The notes below the pieces were generated by a model that worked only from the letters and a program-made list of their open reading frames with translations, ran no database searches and was not told the DNA's origin. Of a stretch of DNA of 64,000 nt, positions 51,110 to 62,079 are shown piece after piece. Origin of the DNA: Heptranchias perlo (Eukaryota); the NCBI RefSeq assembly GCF_035084215.1, contig NC_090325.1, forward strand, positions 162,440,001 to 162,504,000. Direction: 5' to 3'. The translations under genes were made by a program, and so were the position numbers. Positions within the stretch are counted from its first letter, which is position 1, and the number at the start of each line of letters is the position of its first letter.

Positions 51110-54021
51110 CTTGGCAGGGGGATGGGATACAGAGTGGAGCTACAATAGGGGGTGATGTGCAGCCAAATATAGAGAAAAAAACAAGTCAGCTTGGAAGACA
51201 GGGCAAATATGTGAGGGCAAGGCTGGATGGCATCTATTTTAATGCAAGGAGTCTTGCAAATAAGGTGGATGAACTGAAGGTGTTGATAAACACATGGGAG
51301 TATGACATTGTTGCTGTCACAGAGACATGGTTGAGGGAGGGACAAGACTGGCAGCTCAATATTCCGGGGTACAGAATCTTCAGGCGAGACAGAGGGGGAG
51401 GTATAAGAGGAGGGGGGGTCGCAATATTAATTAAAGAATCAATTACTGCCATAAGGAGGGATGATATATTAGCAGGTTCCTCGAATGAGGCCATATGGGT
51501 GGAGCTTAAAAACAAAAAGGGGGCAAGCACTTTGATGGGAGTGTACTATAGGCCCCCAAACAGTCAGGGGGAGATAGAGGAACAGATATGTAGGCAAATC
51601 TCAGAAAATTGTGCAAATAATAGGGTAATAATAGTGGGGGATTTCAACTTCCCCAATATTAACTGGGATACTCAGAGTGTAAAAGGCTTAGAGGGTACAA
51701 AATTCTTAACATGCATCCAGGAGAGCTTTTTGAGCCAGCATGTAGAAAGTCCTACAAGAGAGGGGGCGGTACTGGACCTAATTCTAGGGAATGTGGCCGG
51801 CCAAGTGGAAGAAGTGCTAGTAGGTGAGCACTTTGGTGATAGTGACCATAATTCGGTGAGATTTAAGGTGGTCATGGAAAAGGATAGGGAGGGGCCGGAA
51901 ATAAAGGTTCTAAATTGGGGGAAGGCCGATTTTAATAGGATAAGGCAGGATCTGGCCAAAATGGACTGGGATCAGCTGCTTGTAGGAAAATCCGCATCGG
52001 AGCAATGGGAGTCTTTCAGAAGGGAGATTGAGACCATACAATGGCAACATGTTCCCGTAAAGGTCAAGGGTGGTTCCAAGAACTCCAGGGAACCTTGGAT
52101 GTCAGGGGATATACGAGAATGGATTAGGAAAAAAAGGAGGGCTTTTGGCAGATACAAAAGGCTAAAGACGGAGGAAGCCCTAGAGGAGTACAAAAAGTGC
52201 AGGGGGATACTTAAAAAGGAAATTAGGAGATCAAGGAGGGGCCATGAAATAACACTGGCGAGCAAAATAAAGGAAAATCCTAAGATGTTTTATAAGTATA
52301 TTAAGGGTAAGAGGATGACTAGGGAAAAAATAGGGCCCATTAGGGACAAAAATGGCAATCTGTGTGTGGAGCCGGCAGATGTAGGAGGGGTTCTAAATGA
52401 ATTTTTTACATCTGTTTTCACTATGGAGAAGGACGACGTAGACATAGAAATACGGCAGGGGGACTGTGATATACTCGAACATATTAACATCGAGCGGGAG
52501 GAGGTATTGGCGGTTTTAGCAGGCCTAAAAATGGATAAATCCCCAGGCCCGGACGAAATGTATCCCAGGCTACTGTGTGAGGCAAAGGAGGAGATTGCAG
52601 GGGCTCTGACACATATATTCAGAACCTCTCTGGCCACAGGGGATGTGCCAGAGGACTGGAGAACCGCTAATGTAGTACCATTATTCAAGAAGGGGAGTAG
52701 GGAAAAACCGGGGAACTACAGGCCAGTGAGCCTAACATCAGTGGTAGGAAAATTATTGGAAAAAATTCTGAAGGACAAAATTAGTCTCCACTTGGAGAAG
52801 CAAGGATTAATCAGGGATCGTCAACATGGCTTTGTCAAGGGAAGATCATGTCTGACTAATTTGATTGAATTTTTTGAGGGGGTGACTAGGCGTGTGGATG
52901 AGGGTAACGCAGTGGATGTGGTATACATGGATTTCAGTAAGGCCTTCGATAAAGTCCCCCACAGGAGACTGGTCAAGAAGCTACGAGCCCATGGAATCCA
53001 AGGTGCCTTGGCACTTTGGATACAAAACTGGCTTAGTGGCAGAAGGCAGAGGGTGATGGTCGAAGGTTGTTTTTGTGACTGGAAGCCTGTGGCCAGTGGG
53101 GTACCACAGGGATCGGTGCTGGGTCCCTTGCTGTTTGTGGTCTACATTAATGACTTGGATATGAATGTAAAAGGTATGATCAGTAAGTTCGCTGATGATA
53201 CAAAAATTGGTAGGGTGGTAAATAGCGAGGAGGATAGCCTCAGTCTGCAGGACGATATAGATGGGTTGGTCAGATGGGCGGAACAGTGGCAAATGGAATT
53301 TAACCCGGAAAAGTGCGAGGTGATGCACTTTGGAGGGACTAACAAGGCAAGGGAATACACAATGAATGGGAGGACCCTAGGCAAGACAGAGGGTCAGAGG
53401 GATCTTGGTGTGCAAGTTCACAGATCCCTGAAGGCGGCGGAACAGGTAGATAAGGTGGTAAAGAAGGCATATGGGATACTTGCCTTTATTAGCCGAGGCA
53501 TAGAATATAAGAGCAAGGAGGTTATGATGGAGCTGTATAAAACACTGGTTAGGACACAGCTGGAGTACTGTGTGCAGTTCTGGTCGCCACACTACAGGAA
53601 GGATGTGATCGCTTTGGAGAGGGTGCAGAGGAGATTCACCAGGATGTTACCAGGGCTGGAGCGCTTCAGCTATGAAGAGAGACTGGGAAGATTGGGTTTG
53701 TTTTCCTTGGAGCAGAGGAGGCTGAGGGGGGACATGATTGAGGTGTACAAAATTATGAGGGGCACAGATAGGATGGATACTAAGGAGCTTTTTCCCTTCG
53801 TTGAGGGTTCTATAACAAGGGGACATAGATTCAAGGTAAAAGGCGGGAGGTTTAGAGGGGATTTGAGAAAGAACTTTTTCACCCAGAGGGTGGTTGGAGT
53901 CTGGAACTCACTGCCTGAAAGGGTTGTGGAGGCAGGAACCCTCACAACATTCAAGAAGCATTTGGATGAGCACTTGAAATGCCATAGCATACAAGGCTAC
54001 GGACCAAATGCTGGAATATGA
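51100..54021 (+). CDS. CR1 ORF2p: APE endonuclease plus reverse transcriptase (no in-frame ATG before the EN catalytic residues)
   Basis: YFNARS, VTETW, YYRPP, GDFN, SDHN, NYRPVSLTS, PQGSVLGP, FADD; frame open from 51085; ends GNAGI-type NAGI* two codons short of the usual WD*. Confidence 0.92.
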   Translation, partial: FKLTWQGDGIQSGATIGGDVQPNIEKKTSQLGRQGKYVRARLDGIYFNARSLANKVDELKVLINTWEYDIVAVTETWLREGQDWQLNIPGYRIFRRDRGGGIRGGGVAILIKESITAIRRDDILAGSSNEAIWVELKNKKGASTLMGVYYRPPNSQGEIEEQICRQISENCANNRVIIVGDFNFPNINWDTQSVKGLEGTKFLTCIQESFLSQHVESPTREGAVLDLILGNVAGQVEEVLVGEHFGDSDHNSVRFKVVMEKDREGPEIKVLNWGKADFNRIRQDLAKMDWDQLLVGKSASEQWESFRREIETIQWQHVPVKVKGGSKNSREPWMSGDIREWIRKKRRAFGRYKRLKTEEALEEYKKCRGILKKEIRRSRRGHEITLASKIKENPKMFYKYIKGKRMTREKIGPIRDKNGNLCVEPADVGGVLNEFFTSVFTMEKDDVDIEIRQGDCDILEHINIEREEVLAVLAGLKMDKSPGPDEMYPRLLCEAKEEIAGALTHIFRTSLATGDVPEDWRTANVVPLFKKGSREKPGNYRPVSLTSVVGKLLEKILKDKISLHLEKQGLIRDRQHGFVKGRSCLTNLIEFFEGVTRRVDEGNAVDVVYMDFSKAFDKVPHRRLVKKLRAHGIQGALALWIQNWLSGRRQRVMVEGCFCDWKPVASGVPQGSVLGPLLFVVYINDLDMNVKGMISKFADDTKIGRVVNSEEDSLSLQDDIDGLVRWAEQWQMEFNPEKCEVMHFGGTNKAREYTMNGRTLGKTEGQRDLGVQVHRSLKAAEQVDKVVKKAYGILAFISRGIEYKSKEVMMELYKTLVRTQLEYCVQFWSPHYRKDVIALERVQRRFTRMLPGLERFSYEERLGRLGLFSLEQRRLRGDMIEVYKIMRGTDRMDTKELFPFVEGSITRGHRFKVKGGRFRGDLRKNFFTQRVVGVWNSLPERVVEAGTLTTFKKHLDEHLKCHSIQGYGPNAGI

Positions 54022-54237
54022 GATTAGAGTAGACCGGGCTTGATGGCCGGCGCGGACACGATGGGCCGAAGGGCCTCTATCCGTGCTGTATAACTCTATG
54101 ATTCTATGACTCTATAAAAGCCAATAGAGGACTGCCCCTTTAAATAGAGCTCCTCCACCTGACAGCCTGTGATGCGAATGTGCAGTCCGCCCACTGCGCA
54201 GCTTTCAGATGGCAATCCCGGAAGCCAGGTTAAGTAT

Positions 54238-56648
54238 GTAATGCACTCTGGGTGGGGGACTTCAATGTCTATCACCAAGAGTGGCTCGGTAGCACCACTA
54301 CTGACCGAGCTGGCCGAGTCCTGAAGGATATAGCTGCCAGACTGGGCCTGCGGCAGGTGGTGAGCGAACCAACACGAAGGAAGAATCTACTTGACCTCGT
54401 CCTCACCAATCTACCTGTCGCAGATGCATCTGTCCATCACAGAATTGGTTGGAGTGACCACCGCACAATCCTTGTGGAGATGAAGTCCCGTCTTCACACT
54501 GAGGACACCATCCAACGTGTTGTGTGGCACTATCACTGTGCTAAATGGGATAGATTCAGAACAGATCTAGCAGCTCAAAACTGGGCATCCATGAGGCGCT
54601 GTGGGCCATCAGCAGCAGCAGAATTGTATTCCAGCACAATCTATAACCTCATGGCCCGGCATATTCCTCACTCTACCATTACCAACAAGCCAGGAGATCA
54701 ACCCTGGTTCAAGGAGGAGTGTAGAAGAGCATGCCAGGAGCAGCACCAGGCATACCTAAAAATGAGGTGCCAACCTGGTGAAGCTACAACACAGGACTAC
54801 ATGCATGCTAAACAGTGGAAGCAACATGCCATAGACAGAGCTAAGCGATTCCACAACCAGTCGTGAATGGTGGTGAACAATTAAACAACTAACGGGAGGA
54901 GAAGGCTCCGTGAACATCCCCATCCTCAATGATGGCGGAGTCCAGCACCTGAGTGCATAAGGCAAGGCTGATGCGTTTGCAACTATCTTCAGCCAGAAGT
55001 GCCAAGTGGATGATGCATCTCGGCCTCCTCCCGATATACCCACCATCACAGAAACCAATCTTCAGCCAAATCAATTCACTCCATGTGATATCAAGAAACG
55101 GCTGAGTGCACTGGATACAGCAAAGGCTATGGGCCCCGACAACATCCTGGCAGTAGTGCTGAAGACTCAAGAACTAGCCGCGCTTCTGGCCAAACTATTC
55201 CAGTACAGCAGCAACACTGGCATCTACCCGACAATGTGGAAAATTGCCCAGGTATGTCCTGACCACAAAAAGCAGGATAAATCCAATCCGTCCAATTACC
55301 GCCCCATCAGTCTACTCTCAATCATCAGTAAAGTGATGGAAGGTGTCGTTGACAGTGCTATCAAGCAGTACTTACTCACTAATAACATTCTTACCGATGC
55401 TCAGTTTGGGTGCCGCCAGGACCACTCGGCTCCAGACCTCATTACAGCCTTGGTCCAAACATGGACAAAGGAGCTGAATTCCAGAGGTGAGGTGAGAGGA
55501 CTGCCCTTGACATCAAGGTAACATTTGACCGAGTGTGGCACCAAGGAGCCTTAGTAAAATTGAAGTCAATGGGAATCAGAGAGAAAATTCTCCAGTGGCT
55601 GGAGTCATACCTAGAGCAAAGGAAGATGGTAGTGGTTGTTGGATGCCAATCATCTCAGCCCCAGGACATTGCTGCAGGAGTTCCTCAGGGCAGTGTCCTA
55701 GGCCCAACCATCTTCAGCTGCTTTATCAATGACCTTCCCTCCATCATAAGGTCAGAAATGGGGATGTTCGCTGATGATTGCAGAATGTTCAGTTCCATTT
55801 GCAACCCCTCAGATAATGAAGCAGTCTGTGCCTGCATGCAGCAAGACCTAGACAACATCCAGGCTTGGGCTCATAAGTGGCAAGTAACATTCGCGACAGA
55901 CAAGTGCCAGGCAATGACCATCTCCAACAAGAGAGAGTCTAACCACCTCCCCTTGACATTCAACGGCATTACCATCACCGAATCCCCCACCATCAACATC
56001 CTGGGGGTCACCATTGACCAGAAACTTAACTGGACCAGCCACATAAATACTGTGGCTATAAGAGCAGGTCTGGGTATTCTGCGGTGAGTGACTCACCTCC
56101 TGACTCCCCAAAGCCTTTCCACCATCTACAAGGCACAAGTCAGGAGTGTGATGGAATACTCTCCACTTGCCTGGATGAGTGCAGCTCCAATAACACTCAA
56201 GAAGCTCAACACCATCCAGGACAAAGCAGCCCGCTTGATTGGCACCCCATCCACCACCCTAAACATTCACTCCCTTCACTGTGGCTGCAGTGTGTACCAT
56301 CCACAGGATGCACTGCAGCAACTCGGCAGGGCTTCTTCGACAACACCTCCGCGATCTCTACCACCTAGGAGGACAAGGGCAGCAGGCACATGGGAACAAC
56401 TCCACCTGCACGTTCCCCTCCAAGTCACACACCATCCCGACTTGGAAATATATCGCCGTTCCTTCATTGTCGCTGGGTCAAAATCCCAGAACTCCCTACC
56501 TAACAGCACTGTGGGAGAACCTTCACCACACGGACTGCAGCGGTTCAAAAAGGTGGCTCACCACCACCTTCTCAAGGGCAATTAGGGATGGGCAATAAAT
56601 GCTGACCTTGCCAGCGATGCCCACATCCCATGAACGAATAAAAAAATT
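54238..56648 (+). mobile_element. CR1-group LINE family B (EN part, RT, 3' UTR, A tail), frameshifted
   Basis: GDFNV, WSDH, NYRPISLLS, PQGSVLGP, FADD, HHHLLKGN*; TSD-like TTAAGT / TTAGT. Confidence 0.9.
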
Positions 56649-57044
56649 AGTGGCACCAATTGACTCGCGATCGAGTGCGAAACGGACATTTTTTATTGGA
56701 CGGGTTACCCATGCGCCCAATCACCATCCCCCCCTCCCCCACTGCCATCCCGCCTCCACTCTAATATCGGGGCCAATACTGTGAAGTTCAAAGTTACTTA
56801 ACAGGTGCAATATAACTGACCTTTGACTCTATTAATTATCCAGCCCTCAGTTTCAGTGTTATTGCTATTCAGCCACATTGTAAAGAAGTTTGAATGATTG
56901 ATTTTAATAATTATTTTTGTTTTAATTGTTTTAATTAACAGCAGTATACAAACCTCATCAGCAACGAAAGATGTCCACACATAAAATGATCTAGGAGAGT
57001 CTCCAGTAATCTTGGAATGACTATTGATTGCTCTTTTATTACAG

Positions 57045-57125
57045 AGTTCCCATGAGAAGCAGAGAGAACATTTCAGATCCAACCTCCCCTCTTCGGACCA
57101 AGTTTGTCTACAAAATTTCAGATTT
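57045..57125 (+). CDS. JCHAIN: Immunoglobulin J chain, exon 3 (VPMRSRENISDPTSPLRTKFVYKISDF)
   Basis: 81 nt, phase 2/2, TTTTATTACAG| ... |GTATGA; contains the hallmark RENISDPTSPLRT.FVY motif. Confidence 0.98.
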
Positions 57126-57907
57126 GTATGATTACTATTTTTTGTCACTTTTGCAATGTGTAATTACAGTGAACTTCAGATCATTACCCCAATCCCAGTA
57201 ACTAAACTCAGACTTTACAATTTATTGTGCACATGTATAGCAAATGGAAAACAGCAGCTCAATTATCCACTATCAGTTGTCTGAAGTAATTTTGACTCTT
57301 TCAAATGGATCAGATCATTCAGAAACAACTGTCTGATTACTTTATAGCCACAGTATCTATGTTCAAATGTTCGTTTCATGGTGTACAACACTGCCAAGGT
57401 TGAAAAGAGTAGGAGAGAAGTTGAGATAAATGAAGAAGTAATAACACTAACGCCAGGACTTTCCTCGGAGCTGTTCCTGCTCATGTTCTGCAGACATAAC
57501 TTCGCTGGAAGTGCGGCAGAGACCCTGTTCATGTGCGCAAATTGTTTTTCTGCTGCTCTTTCAGGAAAGTTAGGATGGCGGAGTGCGAACAGCTCAGGGG
57601 AAATTATTGACATTACCTAGAGTTCTAAAAGCCTGTAGAGTGTCGGAGGAAGGGAAAAATAGGAAGAAATGTATTTTGAGGACCCAGGAAAGAATGAATT
57701 GGAGTCAGAGACTGCAATTTCAATACAATGAGCATGCAGGGACGAAGAGGTGTGAGACAGCATATTTGGAGCAATGACCATAGTAGCGTTGATAGAATAT
57801 AGAATACCTATAGCCATGCATTTGTGTTGTGGATTTATCAGCTCCTCGTGGCTGTTCAGCGGGAAGTTAAAACTACATCAATTATAGGCAAAGTGGTGGA
57901 GATTATC

Positions 57908-59725
57908 GGGGTTATATTGGATAACCCATGAATCTAGGCACGGGAGTCGCGGTGCACGATTAACTTGTGCCCAATTGTTAAGATGCAGGTAGCACGTAAC
58001 ACTCTTGCTGCCTGGTGATTTCTATGATTGCTGCGAGCAGCCAGCGCTACCTGAGCTATTAAGTAGCTGCTCACCGGCAGGGGGACCCGACATCATGAGT
58101 GGCTAGCACTGCTTAAAGGCAGCCTGCACCTCTAATTGGCAAAATATAAAATACGGGTCTGCACAGAATCTAAATGGAGATCAGGCATCGCACACATAAA
58201 ACACAGGTACAAGTCCCATTGTTTACAAACTGTTGAATTATTTTAAAACATTGAATAAAGGTTGCACACTAGTAAATCCCACAGCCTCCAATCTGCACGC
58301 CAGACCCCACCAATCTGCCGATCTGAGTTTCTACCAGGCCTGCGAGAGAATGTGCACCAAGGTTCTCTGATGATACACAAGAGACCTTGGTGCAAGAGGT
58401 GGACAGAAGGAGGGACATCCTATATCTGCAGGGGTGGACAAAAGGCCCTCCAGACATATGCTTCTGAGGCACTGGGAGGCAGTAGGGATGAAGTCAATGC
58501 CAGGCGCATAGCACCACGAACATAGATGCAGTGCAGGAAGGAGTTCAATGCTTTGACCTGAGTGGTCAAGGTGAGTGAGGTCACCTGTCAAGTGGCATCT
58601 CATACCAACTGCACCACTAGTCGCATCCACTGCCCCACACACTACACCCCTCATCACCCACCTACCAACAAACCCTTTCAATCAGTGCTCAACTCTTCCA
58701 ATCAGATGCTTCCTCTCACCCTCACACATTACCACTGTTGCAAGCCGCACACCCACAACTCACAGGTCACACACACTGGCAGCTATTCAACCATGACAGC
58801 CACATCACCCAAACATCTTGCAGGATATTTACTGACACACGTCCCGCTTTCTTGCAGGTGAAGGTGGCGCATAACAGAAGGCAGCAAGTGGTAGTGGCTC
58901 CATGGAACATGAACTTGCTGTCCCCTCTCAGGATGACAGCATTCCTGTCCCACCCCTACCACTCCACCAGTGCTCTTGCTGTTGCCTGTCAGCTAGCCAG
59001 CTCACTCCCTGTAGAGTATTGAAACTTTATTATAGGAAGATAGGAACAGGAGTAGACCATTTAGCCCCTGGAGCCTGTTCTGCTATTCAGTGAGATCATG
59101 GCTGATCTGTGACCGAACTTCATATACCCGCTTTAGCCCCATATCCCTTGATAGAATCTATCAATCTCAGATTTAAAATTAACAATTGAGCTAGCGTCAA
59201 CGGCTGTTTGCAGAAGAGCATTCCACCCTTTGTAGAAGCATTTCCTAACTTTATTCCTGCACGTCCTGGCTCTAATTTTTAGGCTCTGTCCCCTAGTCCT
59301 AGTATTCAAGTATAGGAGACCTCCAAAAACAGGTACAAATGCATCAGCAGCCAGAAACAATAATCCAGCAACTAACCTATAACTCCTGCATGATCCCTTT
59401 AGATAGCACTGGTGGGGGGGGTCCTCCATGATGTTTAAGACCTGTTCAGCTGTACGAGTTTAAGACAGTGGAGCGCTGGAGCGTTGAGTTCCAAAATCGC
59501 ATCTGTCCCTTTATATCAGCGTTGCACGCTGATCTACCGCATAATCTCCCTACTTTACATGCTGCCAGTGTTCGTTGTCTGCGCGTGCGCAGTCGCCTTT
59601 ACCAAGATGGCATCCAGCGCACATCACGCTAGAAGTTTGCGCTCACATTCCAGATGCCGTTTTGGGTCCTTAGGCGTCCGTGTAGGGCCTACGAAACGGG
59701 TGCTACACAGCCCAATTTAGAGTCC
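57908..59725 (+). mobile_element. Harbinger family B-related non-autonomous copy (JCHAIN intron 3)
   Basis: Ends GGGGTTATATTGG / CCAATTTAGAGTCC; Myb exon remnant, CR1 fragment and right portion homologous to 43700-45050. Confidence 0.78.
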
Positions 59726-60747
59726 TATGGGTTTAATGATGCTTTATAATTCAAAAGAATTGGCTCAGTTCTAGTACACCGAAAGCTGTGCGAGTGCTGA
59801 ACAGTAAATCAAGTGATTTGTTGCAGCTAATGATTTGTAATTGTAGACATTTGCAGGTATTGTGCTGTAGCAAAACACTTGTCCTACTGTTCAGATTATT
59901 CTTGTATGGTGTAGAGCAGAGGCTCCAACCTATGTTCTGACAAGGCCCGCTTACCTTATTCATCAGTTTTACAGATGGGACTCTGCCTCAATCCTGGTTT
60001 TTATGGGGTCAGTAGACGTCTCTCTCCTCTTTCACCCTAAGTTTCTATTCATTCTCGGCATCAGCTACGCTCCCTTTCCCTGTTACTCTTCCCCTCTCTT
60101 TCTGTTACTCTCTCTGACTGCTTGTAGTCCTTTCTCTGCTATTCCATTAATCTTTTCCAGCTACATCCCCTTTCCTCCAGTGATCTCTCCCAACTGCTGC
60201 TGCAGCCCCCAATCCTTTTTATAATTGGGTCACCCTATGTTTTATCTCTTCAAATCGTTTGTCGGCTGGAGGATAACAATAAAAGATTTGAAAAGAAACA
60301 GGATGTAGTGGAGCGTCATACAAGAGGTTCCCTCAAACAGCTGGTCAGTGCACTAGTTTTGTTGCATCTTAATGGACAATTCTGATTAAATGACTTCACC
60401 ATTCAGAACTTTATCATAGTCTGCCAGAAGAGGACCCTGCAGGGAGAAAAAATCATTGAGACCCATTCCGCTGCAGGAAGTGCGGCGAGTGGAAATTGCG
60501 GATGCCACTTTGCCCGTTGTTGACCCAAATGATCTTTCAGCTAAAGAGTTATATTTATGGGGGAAAGTGCTGGCAGTTTCTATGGAGCCACTTTCCTACA
60601 GCACTGTGATTGACTGCCATTAGGAAGCCAGCATCAATCCCCCACTACCTAGCTCGTACAGTAAGGAAGACTGCTTACTCATGGATTGTCCTCTTGAATT
60701 CGCTACAAATGGATGGTAGTTTCATGCAAAAGAGTTTTCAGACATTT

Positions 60748-60774
60748 GAATCATAGAATCATAGAATCATAGAA
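60748..60774 (-). repeat. (GAATCATA)n microsatellite, isolated CR1 3' tail
   Basis: Same octamer as the CR1 tails elsewhere in the window. Confidence 0.6.
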
Positions 60775-60920
60775 CGTGTGAAATGAATTGGAAAATTAAT
60801 TATAAAAAAATTCCAATGCATATTAGGTGAATTATTCTTATCTGAACATCTAGTAACTTTCAGAAAGCAGTACTATGTGTTCAATACCAATTATGTCTTT
60901 GATAATATATTTTGTTGCAG

Positions 60921-61179
60921 CTGCAAGAATTGCACCCAAAAGGCAACCTCTTCGCTAGAACCTCAGTGCAAACCTCAACCTCCACCAGAAGATACATGTT
61001 ACGCCTATGACAACAGAAAATGCCTGTACCATAAAATCAACTTAGGAGATGGCAAGCAAGTGGATACTCTCCTGAATCCTGAATGCCTCAATCATAAAAA
61101 TGACCTCTGGTTTCCAAAACCTACGCTGTCACCTGTTGAAACAACATATGATTCGGCATCTATGTCAGATGCTCCGTAG
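60921..61179 (+). CDS. JCHAIN: Immunoglobulin J chain, exon 4 (CKNC...QC...EDTCYAYDNRKC...LNPEC plus 30-aa tail)
   Basis: Acceptor TTTTGTTGCAG|, phase 2 in frame with exon 3; aligns to human CKKC...ETCYTYDRNKC...LTPDAC; stop TAG at 61177-61179. Confidence 0.95.
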
Positions 61180-61308
61180 ATATGCTCTAAAGACCATAAT
61201 TGTACCTGTATCTTTATGTCTTTTTAGCTTTGGCATTTAAGGCTTGCAGATCTTTTGCCTTCTTCAAGCAGACTATAAATTGCTTCATAGCTTCAACTCT
61301 TGTTTCGT

Positions 61309-61314
61309 AATAAA
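61309..61314 (+). terminator. Probable JCHAIN polyadenylation signal AATAAA
   Basis: 130 nt after the stop, followed by T/GT-rich sequence. Confidence 0.6.
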
Positions 61315-62079
61315 CACTTTTCTCTATATTATGGTGTAACTTGTAAATGTGTCACAGTTTGCTTCACTTCATGGTGATAAACAAAATGGAGACAACGGAA
61401 AAACATGGCGTGCTAGCACTCAATACCTGTTTTGTACAAATGCACAAACTGGAACTGTTAAAATATATAAAAACACAGGAAAGCGTAGGATAGTAAAGAC
61501 TATTTAGTCCATCAAGCCAGTTTCCTCCACTGACCATTTACAATCCGTTCTATCATGAATATCCAACCCATTTAAACTGCTTAATGAGGGGTCCTGCATA
61601 TTTTCTCCTTCCTCTCTCCAAACGTAATTCAAGCAAAACTCCAAAACATCTATTCAACTTTACATCCTACATTATGCACCTTAGCATGACATCAGCATGG
61701 ACCTAGCAGGCCAACACCACTATGTTCCTCACAGCAATAAATTTACTCAAGTTGCATTTATCCTTAGAACTCTCAATCCTATTTATAAACAGGATGAAGG
61801 TGGAGAGAGATGTAACAAAACAGAAGGGCTTAGGAAGAGAATTCAGGAGTGCAGAGCCATGATGCCTGAAGATGATACAGGGAAAGAAGGGGAGGACACA
61901 CAGTAGGTCAGCGTCAGAAAAACAGAGGTCACAAGCTGAGACCTAGGGCTAGATGAGGTTACAATGGTAGGGTAGGGCAAGGCCAAGAAGGGATTTATAA
62001 AGAACATAGAGGTTTTTTAAATCAATGCATTAGGGACAGGGAGCCAATGGTGATCAGCACAGACAGGGGTGATAGTTAC

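Larger units (their letters stand above)
50022..54115 (+). mobile_element. Near full-length CR1 LINE with both ORFs open
   Basis: 5' UTR, ORF1, ORF2, 3' UTR and (ATTCTATG)-type tail; TSD AAAAG at 50017-50021 and 54116-54120. Confidence 0.95.
48513..56775 (-). mobile_element. Harbinger family A copy 2 (Myb/SANT gene remnant), split by two LINEs
   Basis: 48513-50021 and 54116-54237 are reverse-complement homologues of ~770-2800; continues at 56649-56775 and ends with TIR-like CTAATATCGGGGCC. Confidence 0.85.

Noticed and set aside
51234-53990. Multiple antisense ORFs over LINE ORF2 (here and throughout the window)
   Set aside because: Shadow ORFs of LINE coding sequence
57263-57817. Short ORFs in JCHAIN intron 3
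   Set aside because: No recognisable domain or splice structure
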